Shown here in pieces: positions 25,103 through 38,429 of a stretch of DNA of 64,000 bases. Position 1 is the first letter of the stretch; each line of letters begins with the position of its first letter. Made by a program: the position numbers and the translations under genes. The stretch covers positions 2,666,001-2,730,000 of the forward strand of contig CM038999.1 in the NCBI GenBank assembly GCA_017499595.2. Direction: 5' to 3'. Source of the stretch: Psilocybe cubensis (taxonomy: Eukaryota). Under the pieces are notes generated by a model that was given only the letters and a program-made list of their open reading frames with translations, ran no database searches and was not told the origin of the DNA.

Positions 25103-25363
25103 AATGATGCAAAATATAATAGGTTTCTCCCGAGATATCTAATTATTATGCTCGGGGAAAATATCAACTATTAACTAGATTATGAATGAATGGGGTGAAG
25201 AGTCGAGAAACTCAAAAATACTAGTAGACGATACTATGTGCACGTGACTTTTAATGTGTTGAGTGAAGTAGAAGTCCCGAGTCGGAAGTCATACATATGA
25301 GCTTGAATCCTCACACTTGATAGTCACATCATCTGGAGCTCACTGTTCAGCAGTGAGATTTCA

Positions 25364-26538
25364 ATGATACGAGTGTTTGAAACGATCAGACTTGTCCGAA
25401 AGTTTAGGCCTTTGCCTTCCGCTCCTTATTCCTCCAAGCATCAACTAATTTGCCGAGGGTTCTTCAAGTCAGGCTTTCGAATTCAAAAGCAACCTCAAAT
25501 GGATCACAATGCAGGACCTTTGGTTTGGATTGACTGCGAGATGACAGGTCTCGACTACAAGAAGGATAAGATAATAGAGATCGCGGTGCGTACCAATGTG
25601 ATTAGCTGCTGCGCACAATGAGCTTACCTTTACATCAATCCAGGTACTAATAACTAATGGCAACCTTGACATTGTCGACGAGGGTCTGCAATATGTTATC
25701 AAGACCGACAAAAGCTATCTTGATGGGTGAAAATCTATCACATGCATCTTTTCTGTGTTTGCGTTTCTGATTTATAACTTAGCATGGACGAGTGGTGCAC
25801 TGAACAACACGGACGGGTTTGCACACCTTTCATACATGTCGATCGTTGCAGAAAACTAATCTTGAGTACATTTAGTCAGGATTAACAAAAGCTTGCCTAG
25901 AATCTCCCTATGAACTCGAATTTGTATCTAAACAAGTTCTTGCTTATATCAAGAAATGGATCCCAATTCAGAGGGTTGGCGTATTAGCCGGTAACTCTGT
26001 TTACGCCGACCGGATGTTTCTGCAAGACCAAATGCCAGAAGTTGTTGACTGGCTTCATTATCGGTAAAGTCTTCCGCAAAATTTGAATAGGAGCATCTAG
26101 CTCACAGCCTGGACACTGAAACCAGTATCGTTGGTGAGCATCTTCAAAATGTACATATTTCGAAGGCTGAGTGTCCTTAGATGTGTCTTCTTTTAAGGTA
26201 TTCGTCTCTTGTTTTATCGTAAATCGGTTCTAACATGCCATAATGACCAGGAAATGTCGCGGCGATGGTACGGTAGAGCCGGAATTCGTCCATCTACAGC
26301 TGAAAACGTTCACCGGTAAGATAGCGTGACCCCGAAAGAAGCTGCTTTTGATTAACTGTCTTCAGAGCGCTCGACGACATTCGTGGTTCTATAGATGGTC
26401 TGTCTCCTAATAATCCAACGTTACTGTACATCTTAGTACATGACTGATCTTTCAACAGAATTGCGTTGGTACAGGGAAAAAATCTTTCGTCCAACGGCTG
26501 CAGTGGTCGAGGCAGCTTCCTCTCCCACGAGAAGGTAA
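25364..26538 (+). CDS. REX2: Oligoribonuclease (DEDDh), Rex2/Orn
   Basis: LVWIDCEMTGLD..D.IIEIA, MDEWC..QHG, LAGNSV..DR.FL, LHYRIVDVSS and HRALDDI across many short exons. Confidence 0.93.
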
Positions 26539-26777
26539 TAACGCGTTTCGGACAATTTCAATGAAATAGACGCGAAGTCTATTTCGTTCTCCATTTATAG
26601 AAACTAGCATTCTCTCATTACCTTGTCGGTAGCATCATATCACTAGTATATTTTTGGCTTCTCTATTGGTTTTGTGCCCGGGTACAAATCATGTTTCACG
26701 ACTTCATTCTCCGGTTGGATACAATAACAATACAGTTCAGTGTGCAATAATTAAAAATGTGGTGAATGTAATTTAAT

Positions 26778-29016
26778 TTAGAAGTCCCAAAGAGTACCCT
26801 GTAAAAGATAATGAGAAAACATAAACTAACTGATGCTGAAGCGAGACTCACAAAAGCTGGAATGCCAGCTTCCTTACAGCCCTCCATCATCTCTGTGTTT
26901 CCTTGAAGATTAGAAGTAATGAAAACTACTTCAGCACCCCAAGAGTCGTAAACTTCTTTGATAAGTTTCATGGTGTCAGGTCTTCCCCCTAAACGGCGAC
27001 ATGAGTTTTCAGAACTTGTTATCTTCAAATTATCAACAAACCTCGTTGCTTCGAATCCCACAGAGTCACCCTCTCTGGCTCTAGATTTTTACTGATAAGA
27101 CGCGATATTGTTGGCCCAAATGTTTTTTCTTGATCCGAACCAATCCAAATAAGATACCTGGGAAAGGACATGAGCTTTACCAACTATGACTGATATCGGC
27201 AAGACGTATGTTTACCAGTTAGGGTTCTACAATTATATACTTCAGTGATATGATTTAAGCCTCTGAAGAGAAGACACACCTGAAGACATGTCGATAAAGC
27301 AGCGCCCAGGCCTGTCCCGGTACATACTCGGATGCCCTTCTTGTACAAAGTCGAAGTGTTGGAAACACCAGCGAACTAAAAAAGAAGAAAATAGAGTTTA
27401 GCCATAGAGTTCGATCCATTGAACGGCTTATTACCGGCGGACCTTGAGCTGTCTGGTCCAGAGGTGGGTGGGAGGATTCTCAACCAATGAACGAGTGAAA
27501 TCTCCTTGCACGCCACAAATGAGGTAATGTTCCTTGGAGTGTATTCCTTCTCTACAACGCCACATGAGAAGGGGGCAAATCAAGTCGCCTATGAACTCAT
27601 AACATACGAGATGATTCCGAATGCATGATACTCCATTATGGAACCTCGGCTAATTCTCGCCAACAAGCCTTGCTGCATACCGCGTTCAAAACGTATGATG
27701 GCAACTTTGGGTGATGGCTAGACTATAGAGTTAAATACAGAACAATGAATTATGCGATTAAAACTTACAATTTCAACATCAACTTTCACTTCACGAATTG
27801 TGAACCATGGTATGATAACGCTGTAATAGGTTTGTTTGACTGAACATAGATAATCTATTGAGAAAGACTTACAATACGGTCATCCCAAACGCGAACCAAA
27901 AGTCTTGCTGTCTGACAATGTGGAAACCGTCGGGATTCCATGAATGCGTCTCTAGGTCATAGCTATCTCCGAGAACGACAAATATCCAAGCTAGAAAAAA
28001 GTGATTAGTAAATTAGGTGTATTCTTCGCTTTCAAACGTCATAACTTGCTTGAAATCAAACCCAACCTATTAAAACGCTAGTGAGCACTTGCCCCACAAA
28101 CTAAATTATCAAACTTACCAGCCCATGAAGCGGTGATGCCTTTCGAACACGCTGAAGACGAATATTAGATACACAGTCCCAGTGAATAATCCACAATGCA
28201 AACTCACTTGTGGTGAGTATTTCTAACCCAAGGGAAGGCTGAAGCAATAGAGATGCCCACAATAATGTTCGTCAAAATACCCATTACCAGAACAGCGTCG
28301 TGATTATTTTTATGGTGGATTAAGATAGTAACAACCCGGAATATCAGCCAGAGAAATCCAGACGTCGCACATCCACTATGTATACCGCCTAGATGCTGAA
28401 GAACAGACGTGCATGCAAGTCGAAATGGCAAAGGGGTCCACTTCAATCTGAGTCAATACAAAAGCTAAGAGATAGAAGGATTGAAATGGCACCTTTGCGA
28501 AAAGAGTGTTGACCGTTAAATATAGAAAACGACCGAACAGTTCATTGCGCATAAGGATAGCGGTAAGTAAATTGCCTAGCACAAACGCGCCAGTGTACTT
28601 TCGTGGATAACTCCATACATTGAAAATCGCGAGAGCAATGCCAGAGAGGTTCATGGCCATAACAAATGTGAAAAACTTCCTGAGTGGGTATCAGAGAGAT
28701 GATCAGATATATGCAAATGAAGCGCGTACCGGTAAGTATTGAACCAGAGCTGGAAGCGTATCCAACGGCTTGCTCTCTTTTTTAGCCTTTTTGCCGGTGA
28801 GGATGAGACGAGATTCCTTTTGAAAGGCGGCGGTAGGGAAGGGTGTTTTTCTGAAGGCGTGGGCAAGGCATGGGGGGCGGGTAGAGATGATAATGTCTCG
28901 GTCGCGCTGAGAGAAGGCTTTGAGTATACCATGGGCAAGGTGACAGCCACAGGATATCCTTGGTCTGATGTTCCCTTTTCGGCGTCATCGATAGTAAATC
29001 GAGGAGGTAAATCCAT
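26778..29016 (-). CDS. Ferric-reductase/FNR-like membrane protein (stand-alone homologue of the TM + FAD/NAD-binding module of fungal NRPS-like enzymes)
   Basis: GNLLTAILMRNE, GGIHSG, FERHHRFMGW, EYHAFGIIS, QGDFT, CTGTGLGA, GRPD and C-terminal GTLWDF*. Many introns, including a GC-AG at 27991-28049. Confidence 0.8.
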
Positions 29017-31336
29017 GATGAAGAGTAGAGCAGTACGAAGCGTGCCAGAGTTATCTCCTGGTTGTCTCTTGTGATAAATAGCTTGTAGGTTATGAGTGTT
29101 TATCTCTCCCGGACCCAATGTAGCGGAACTTCTCGATTTAATCCAGAGAATTCCCGAAGTGGAATGTTTTCAACTCCAACCCCGAGGTGATGGCGAGCGT
29201 CTCCAGATCTGTGTGGGAGATGCCCCATGATGATGACATTTGGATACGGGTATGGGCTATTCAGCGCAAAAGTTCAAGGACATTCTGGTATACGGTGCTC
29301 TTGTAGTAAATTGGTGCTAGCCCTAGTCATTGTTTTTTTTTGAAGGTGAAGGCCCGTCAGATATCTGAGCTTCGCAAGCCCTGAGAAAGGATCGAACCAA
29401 TTAATGCGGGGAATGTGGGGAAAATGACCAACATCTCGCGGGGAGAGCGGTGCATTGCGAAAGGGAGCTTTATTTCGGAGTCGAGGCCGTTTTAGACGAT
29501 GTTGTGCATTAAACCAAATACCTCCAAACAACACCGACAGCCGCATGCGAAAGCTCAGAGGCGCTTCGGGCATGGGAAACCCCATAGATATTTGAGGTGG
29601 TACTGACTATTACAAGACTATCTGCGCGGGAATAAGATTCTAAGTTAGTTGTTATTCTCACATATACAGGACTGGAGATACACAAAGATACCGACATATT
29701 TAAACATATTGAATTGCGGTTTTTCGTTTAGGATCGTGCACACACGACAAATTTAGTCTTGAAAAAGACCACCTTGAGTCTTGAGATGGCTAATTAGCAA
29801 GTGTAGAAAAGCCTAGGCCATTTAACGATTGATGTGGATGAAGGTTTGCTAATAAAATTTATTTACCTGAGATACTTGCGCAAAAGGGCGCATTGCATAT
29901 TCGTTGTCGCTGGGATGTCATAATGACCTTCCACGCCCCGCATTTCCAATGCCAAAATCTACCGAGGTTCGGAAACATAACGGGAAAATGGGATCTGGTT
30001 CCCGGAAGCGTCGGCATTGGAATGCTCCTTCGAGCCAAATCTCGCCAAGACTCTTGAAGGTTGTCTGTCTGAAAGTGTCGGAAGGGACATAACTGATTGA
30101 ACTCGATAAGGATGTACTAGCAACCCCGACAACACGCATCGATGGAAAGTTTTGGCCAGGATGGAAATAAATAAAAGAAATGTGCTTGATTTTCGACCAT
30201 TTAGGGCACAAAACCAAAGCCACGAGCAGAATGACAGTTTGCACTCACTTCCCCTCAAGCATCCCCGAGAGCTTAATTAATGGTCATCGTCATCGTGCCG
30301 TAAATGCATACGCCCCAGATAAATCACCAAGTCACTCGCAAGATATCGAGAAGGAGGCTAGACTGATCCCACGGATGATACTCGGTGAAGATCGGTTGCA
30401 GCAGGAGAGATGCATTGGATCAACCTCGACCGAGGATATTGAACTGTCTCGAGATCGAATTGAAATGCGCACACAGTTTCGGTCATCGAGTATAAACACT
30501 CTAGAAGAACGTTCGGGAAAGTGTTTCGGAACGGAAGTTGCCACACTGCAGTTGATTCTAATACTGTGGTCGAAAGATTGATTAGATTTACCATTACATA
30601 GTCGGTAGATACATACAGAAAATAAGGGCGGGCACGTATGATACTGGATTAAGAAGATCACTGAAGCAATGCCTCTAAAGCACGCGATGGCCACGTTATA
30701 GAGATCGCCGAAGATATGTCCGGGGCTGGAAAATCCAGAGTGGTATTTAGTGAGATTGGAATTTCGCGTTACCGGACGCATCAGAGGCCTTGATTCATAA
30801 GGCTTTCGGCTAGGTGACAATTTTCGACTATAAAGTCTAACGAATAGCACGGTGATTTTGATATCTAAGCCAGAGGAATTTTGTAGCCAATAAAACTGTG
30901 TAATTGATTTACAAAGTATGAGTCCCCCAGAGTATTCTTCGAAGAGCTATGCTGACCTGTATGAGTCTCGTCGGCCAGGTGTTCGCTCAGCTGTTCAATG
31001 CTCTAAGAACGAAAATGAGATTTATGCACTCTTTAATGCCGGGTCCCGGGTTGCGATTAAGCCCACAGAAGGGTTCTGTGGAAGAGAAGTCCCAACCGCA
31101 AGTTATGAACCATCAGAAAGTAGGACAGGCTTAACGGAAGGACCTAATGGAAGGAAGTGGGCAGAAAGCAGCAGATCCCTGGGACTACCAGCTGATACTC
31201 GAGCACGACTGGGGTGGTTGTCCGGCAGCAACACCTGGTTGATTTGGAGAGCATTAGGTAGTGGATGCGACGACAAGGGCATTGGTGTATCGGCAGCAAA
31301 CCAGCGAGGGCCGTCCGAAGAATCCGATGGGATGTG

Positions 31337-31355
31337 CACGTGATGCTGTGAGTCA
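31337..31355. promoter_or_regulatory. Adjacent E-box (CACGTG, Cbf1-type) and TGAGTCA (Gcn4/CpcA AP-1 site) upstream of CPA2
   Basis: Exact consensus matches at 31337-31342 and 31349-31355, about 120 bp before the ATG of an arginine biosynthetic gene. Confidence 0.55.
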
Positions 31356-31473
31356 ATTAGGTACCAATCGGGGTTAGGTTTACCAGAAAAAAAGTTGCTG
31401 AAATTGAATTGGGGATTTAATTTTGAGGGGCCTGCGGCTTGTCCTTTCCCTCCTCCCAAGCGTTGTGCGCCTG

Positions 31474-34400
31474 ATGAGTCTCCTTCGACTGCCCCGGTCC
31501 TACGGGGCACGGAGCCTGCTTCGACCTTGTATACGAGCTTTCCATGCCACCCGAGCACCAGCTATCGCATTTTCAAAACCCATTCGTGCCGTTGCTGCGC
31601 CGGCAGTCGGTTCTTATGTACCCAAGGACGGTGAACATGTTATCAATTCACCCTCAGAACTCGCCAGAAAAATATCTGCGAAGGTGCTCCCAAAGATTCC
31701 CCGCCCTGACGTTCGACGAGTTGTCGTCGTTGGCAGTGGAGGTCTGAGCATTGGGCAAGCCGGTGAATTCGATTATTCGGGTTCGCAGGCCCTGAAAGCT
31801 CTCCATGAGGAAGGCGTAGAGGCTATCCTCATTAATCCTAATATCGCAACATGGCAAACTTCACACCAGCTGGCCTCAGAAGTCTACTTCTTGCCTATTA
31901 CTGCAGATTATGTTGCATACGTCTTGGAGAAGGAAAGGCCCGATGGCATCCTTCTTACTTTCGGTGGACAGAGTGCCCTCAATGTCGGTATCGCACTTGA
32001 CAAGATGGGCGTTCTTGAACGGCTGGGTGTTAAGGTTTTGGGCACACCTATCAGGACTCTTGAGGTTTCTGAAGATCGTGAACTTTTCGTCGAGGCTCTA
32101 AAAGGTGCGCGTCTATTTTAAGTACTCCTCTGCGCGATCACATGTTGAAATTTGTTTTGTTAGAAATCGGTGTATCCGTCGCGCAATCTACGGCTGTATC
32201 TACGGTTAACGCTGCTCTCGATGCTGCTGCGGTAATTGGATACCCAGTCATCTTACGTTCAGCTTTCACCCTTGGAGGTCTTGGATCTGGTTTCGCAAAT
32301 AATCCGGATGAACTTCGTGATCTATCGGCCAAGAGTTTGAGTTTGAGCCCACAGGTACTCATCGAACGTAGCATGAAAGGCTGGAAAGAGCTCGAATACG
32401 AAGTTGTCCGAGATGCTGCAGACGTAAGTTTCTTTTTGTTTTTTGACGACCTTATGTCAATCTGACTTTATTTACACAGAACACGATCATTTGTTGCAAT
32501 ATGGAAAATTTCGACCCCCTTGGCACACATACCGGAGACTCCATCGTCGTCGCACCGTCCCAAACATTGCCTGATGAAGAGTACCATATGCTTCGAAGCG
32601 TTGCTCTCAAAGTCATTCGTCATCTTGGGGTCGTGGGCGAATGCAACATTCAATATGCACTGAACCCGAATTCTATGGAGTACTGTGTTATTGAAGTCAA
32701 CGCTCGGTACGGACAGCTTACAGGTGTTTTGGAACCTGATGACTTATTTAACACTTTTTTAGTCTAAGCCGGTCAAGGTAGCGCTGAGAAAATCCGCTTA
32801 TTACATCTGACTAATTATCATCATAGTGCTCTGGCTTCGAAGGCTACTGGATACCCATTGGCTTACACCGCTGCGAAGATTGCCCTTGGACACACTCTCC
32901 CTGAACTACCTAACGCCGTCACCAAGACCACCACTGCTTGCTTCGAACCTTCTCTGGATTACATCGTGACCAAGATCCCCAAATGGGATCTTGCCAAGTT
33001 CTCGTCGCAAGTTAACAGAGAAGTTGGCTCTTCCATGAAATCTGTCGGTGAAGTTATGGCTATCGGACGTACATTCGAGGAAAGTTTGCAGAAGGCCATT
33101 CGCCAGGTCGACCCCAACTGGACAGGTTTCGAGGTTGTTATCACACCTGAAGACCTTGACAGGGCCCTTACCAAGCCAACCGACATGCGTCTGTTTGCCA
33201 TTGCGTATGCCATGTACAGGAAGGGATACACCGTTGACCATCTCCACGATTTGACAAAGATTGATAAGGTTGGTCCATTACTCGTTTGCATCAAATTTTT
33301 GATATAATGATTTTTTTAGTGGTACTTGTACAAGATCGATAACATTGTTCAGACCCGTCATGCTTTGACTGCTGCGGGAACCATCGAAAATATTGATCAC
33401 GAATTGATGATCCGCGCAAAGAAAATGGGCTTCGCTGACTCCCAGATTGCTGCCTGTGTTGGTACTACCGAAGATATTGTTCGCGCTCACCGAAAATCTC
33501 TTGGAATCACTCCCTTCGTCAAGCGTATCGATACCCTCGCCGCTGAATATCCAGCTCATACCAACTACCTCTATACCACATATAATGCTTCGGAGCACGA
33601 TGTTGACTTTGAGGAGCATGGAACCATGGTTCTTGGAAGTGGTGTATATCGTATTGGAAGTAGTGTCGAGTTCGATTGGTGCGCTGTTACGTGTGCTCGC
33701 AAACTCCGTGATATGGGCAAGAGGACCATCATGATTAATTACAATCCCGAGACCGTGTCCACTGACTTCGACGAAGCCGACCGACTTTACTTTGAAGAGC
33801 TTGGTTATGAACGTGTCATGGACATTTACGAATTGGAACAAGCACAAGGTGTTATCGTCAGCGTCGGTGGTAAGTCCGCTAGAGTTCATACTACTACAGC
33901 TCAAACAAATTCTCTATAGGGCAACTCCCACAGAACATTGCGTTACGCCTCAAGAACAATGGTGTTAATGTGTTGGGAACCGACCCTAAGCAAATTGACA
34001 CTGCAGAAGATCGCCATAAATTTTCTTCTGTTCTCGATAAGATTGGTGTAGACCAGCCCGAGTGGACTGAGGCCACCTCATTGGAAGCTGCAAAAGCCTT
34101 CGCTAACAAGGTTTCGTGAGTAATAACCTATTTCTGATAATCTAACCTTGTCATTGATTGCCCATCCACCTAGGTATCCTGTCCTAATCCGCCCATCGTA
34201 TGTTCTTTCCGGCGCTGCTATGAATGTCGTTTATGAGGAATCTGCACTTGAGTATAACCTTTCCGCTGCCGCAAATGTGTCACCTCTGCATCCTGTTGTC
34301 ATCACCAAGTTCATCGATGGTGCTCAAGAAATTGACATTGACGCCGTTGGTCATCAAGGCAAACTCATTGTTCACGCCGTTTCTGAACACGTCGAGAACG

Positions 34401-35458
34401 CTGGTGTTCACTCTGGTGATGCCACTTTGGTCCTTCCTCCTTACACACTGCCAGAAGTGGACATGGCACGTCTCAAGACCATTGCGGAGAAGGTTGCTGC
34501 TGCCTTTGAGATATCTGGTCCCTTTAATATGCAGATCATTAGGAAGGAATCGGATGTTCCAAACGAGGAGTCCACTTTGAAAGTCATTGAATGTAACCTG
34601 CGAGCATCGCGATCCTTCCCCTTCGTGTCAAAGGTTCTCGGCCACAACTTCATTGACACTGCAACTGCTGCAATCGTCGGCCAAGGTGTGCTTGCCCCAA
34701 TCGATATCATGAAGGAGCCCCGCGATTACACCTCCATTAAGGTCGCTCAATTCTCCTGGACTCGTCTTGGTGGTGCCGATCCTTTCCTTGGAGTTGGTAT
34801 GTTTTATTTCACTTTGACGGATGTAAGTATGTGGATATTAACCTTTTGCAACAGAGATGGCCAGCACAGGAGAGGTCGCTTGCTTTGGAAAGGACGTTCA
34901 TGAAGCTTATTGGGCATCTCTGCTCAGCACCACTGGATTCAAACCCCCTAAGCTTGGTTCTGGTGTCCTCATCGGCGGAGATACCTCAAAGCCCGAGATG
35001 GCTACTATCTCCAAACAACTCGTTGAACTTGGATTCAAGTTGTATTGCTCATCACCCATCGTGGAAGAGTTCTTGAACGACATTCCTTACGTCACCGCGA
35101 AGCGTATCTTCTTCCCCAAGACTGACAAGCGCAAGTTGCGCGAGGTGTTTGACGAGTATGACATTCAATGTGTCATCAACTTGGCTAAATCCCGAGGTAC
35201 CGATTTCGTTGATGAGGACTACGTCGCTCGCAGGTATGTATTCCATATTTCTTCCATCCTGGGCCGTCCTTACACAGATATTTCCTTAGGAACGCCGTTG
35301 ACTTCGGTCTGCCTTTATTGAACAACGCGAAAACCGCACAGCTATTTGTAGAATCTTTAGCTAAGAAGATTCCACAAGGAGGATTGCGTGGATACACAGA
35401 AGGCCACATTCCTTCAGAAGTTCGGTCATGGCGAGAATTCGTTGGAAAGCGAGCTTGA
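31474..35458 (+). CDS. CPA2: Arginine-specific carbamoyl-phosphate synthase large subunit, with mitochondrial presequence
   Basis: [75 protein letters not shown] and [10 protein letters not shown]. Arg-rich N-terminal leader; no GATase, DHO or ATC domains. Confidence 0.96.
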
Positions 35459-35895
35459 AAATAAAAACACACTGGGTCTGGAAATTTTTACAGATCTAAC
35501 AACATCATATAATTTGGAAACCATCTAAAAGGCGGTAAAGCCGGTGTATCTTTTATTGTAGAAGGCACTTCTGCTATTAATCTCGTTGTTAGTGCAGTCT
35601 GTGCATGCTAATACCATTTTCATTTTCATCTTCAATATCAATATGACAGAATTTAAAATTAGTCTGGCCGATGTCTATTTTTCCCTCAAGTGGTCAGATT
35701 GTTATCTGTACAGTAGATCTACTTAAGTCCCATATTTTCTGCTCCAGCCACACTGACAGGGGTTACCAGAACATACCGAATTGGAGGGAATTAGTCAGGA
35801 GATTGGAATCGTTCAGCAAGGTCTCCACCGACGTATGACTTGAATAACTCACCATCCAACTCTAGTCAACAACCCATTTGGTCCTCGGATCTCTA

Positions 35896-37580
35896 TTATC
35901 GAGGTTGTAGATCCTCGATGCTGTAGAACGTGTTTATATCGAGTTTTTTTGCTGCGCCAGAACGCGATGCGTCGACCTGTGATATCACCCTGTCTAGTGC
36001 AAACTTTGCGACTAATTCAGCTTTAAGTTCGTCTGCAACAACATCTGCTACCAGGCTTCCAATCACAGGAAGAAACTTGAGCAATACAATGTCAACGGCT
36101 CATCGAAGCTCATTTTCACTGGACTGACCTTGTAGGCATGCCCACTGCCACCTGTGGCGATGATAATGTTTTGATTTTTTGGATGACGACCAATTACCCA
36201 ATTACCGTCTGGGGAATCATTGTACCTCGAGAGCGACAAGTTGTCATCGAATTCCGTTGAATGCTATAGTTTCTTACCAGCATAATCTCGTCGCAGAAAA
36301 GGGTTTCCTAGTGAGATCCGGATATATTTTGCCTAGATATGTTCGCATATCCTGGAGAGAATCTCGAGGTATCAGCAATCCGTCGGTAGGGTTGGACGTC
36401 AATGTGCGGGGGGTAGAAATTGTGCCGTTAGTTTCGTCAAAGTGGGTAAACCCAGCGGAATGAAAGGCCATCTTTACGACATTGCCGGCATTGGGCTGAT
36501 TATCCGGTTGTGTTGAGAATCATACCCTCAGAGAAAATAAGTTGAACATACAGGAAAGATGTAAAACCCGGAACTAAAATCTACCACCACAGGGCAATCT
36601 CTGTAGACATCGGCCTCGGAGTCAGACAGCTGTATCATTGCTACACATTGTCTATTAATATTTTTCGGGTGTTAGTGCAATTCAGTATGGGATCCGCCAT
36701 ATTACGACAGCGAATACTCACCCCGTTGCAAGACACATACTCTCTAATCCTAGCTCGGGGAATAGTGAAGGTGTCCAAGACCCCGATGCAATAATTACCA
36801 AAGATGCCTCAACTACTGTACCATCGCTACATTCAACACCAGTTAAACCATCCTCTTCCCGAAGTATTTTGACCACAGATTTACCCGGCACGACTTTCCC
36901 AGACAAATCTCTAACTTTGCCGATCATAATTGCCAATCCTTGACCAGCATTGGCCCAACCACCATCAGAGTTCAGATACCCTGCGCAATTTTCGAAAGAC
37001 CCAGTATTTACTTGAGGAGGAAACAAAGAACGAATTGCGTTGCTGTCTTTCAACACTTTGACCGTGGCACCCATTGCAATATCGTTTTGCAACGACTTAT
37101 CGGCATATGTTTCTTTTCCAGGACCGGAATCCCCCAAAACGACGACACCAGATCTTGGGATTATGCTCAGTAAACGAGGGTTGAAGCGCTTTACGAAAAG
37201 TTATAGAAATTCCGCACTCATGGTAAGTGTCACCCCATGCCTTTCGGTCTTTCCATGACAAAATAGCTTCGCGCGCAAGTCGGGCATAAAAGGCATCATC
37301 ATAGGAGCTTCTGACAACTAGATGCGCCCAAAACACCAATTTAAATCAGTGTCGGGACAAAGTCAGCAAGAGACGGCATAACTGTGACAATACAGTGAGA
37401 GGATGACATAAACTAACCACGATTGAGATCGTTGCTTGCTGCATCTGGAGCGGGGAGGACAGTAGATCGATCTAGCACTGTAACATCGGTGTATCCACGT
37501 TGAAGTAGATGGTATGCTGTGGATATGCCAAAACATCCTGCTCCAACTATCACTACTTTTTCATGCTTCAGGAGAACCAT
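35896..37580 (-). CDS. FAD-dependent oxidoreductase (sarcosine/L-pipecolate/fructosyl-amine oxidase family)
   Basis: IVGAGCFGISTAYHL, AASNDLN, RLCW and GGSGHAYKFLP. Confidence 0.9.
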
Positions 37581-38429
37581 TATACAACAGGACGTGAGGC
37601 TGTCGGAGGCTAAGATTCGAAACACAATCATTATCAACCTAACCATCAGCCGCCTTACTTTGATGCCTACTAAAAGCGGTAATATTAACTCCATGTGGTA
37701 TTCTATCTTTTCAGACTTGTACGAAATTCGCTTGAAAGTTGGTCAAATGCTATACACAAAGCAGAAACAAATCAAGAAACTAGACATTATGGTCTTTCTC
37801 CCTGCTTTACTAGTTAACAATCAGCTCTGAGACCAAATGTCCACCAGGGAAACTTGTATATCTTGATAAAAACACCATCTTCATTCATCTCTCTTTCGAC
37901 ATGCTCAAGGTGGCTAATTTTGTCTAATGCATTACTTAGCTACTTTATATGTGTCAAGTGGTTATAAGTTAGTACGTCCATTATGATTGCTATGAAAATG
38001 ATTTCAAAATTTGAATGAACCCTGACAAGAAAACTTACGTGTTTCGTTGGTATCGTGACGCACTAGTAGTATTCGGAAATAGCTTGAGAGATAAGAAACA
38101 AAGTAACTAATAGATATATAGCCTAGAATCTAGGTTGATCACTTCCATTAATTAATCCTCAGTCTCTACGTTTCTCTGTATTTAATCGGTGTTGACACAG
38201 TATGTGATCGCTTCCCAGTAAAAGGGTCCGATAAGACGCCGTCTCTCTACTCATATACACCAAGCTTAAACGTTTGGAATTCTATCCATAAATCTGAGTT
38301 GAAAAGCGTTAAGGTATATACTACAGTACTTATTTATTTATTTTCAAATTCAAAGCAGAGTTCTGTGTTGTTGGCATCTGTTGGCATTTTGAACTTGTGC
38401 TCAATAGTGGCAAGAGCCCCCTGCCCTAT

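Noticed and set aside
29190-29228. Hairpin upstream of the reductase-like gene
   Set aside because: Short imperfect stem with no recognisable RNA family and no covariation evidence.
30900-31473. Arginine attenuator peptide uORF upstream of the CPS gene
   Set aside because: The fungal AAP precedes the small subunit (CPA1/arg-2). This is the large subunit, and no AAP-like (DY..DH.W) peptide is visible.
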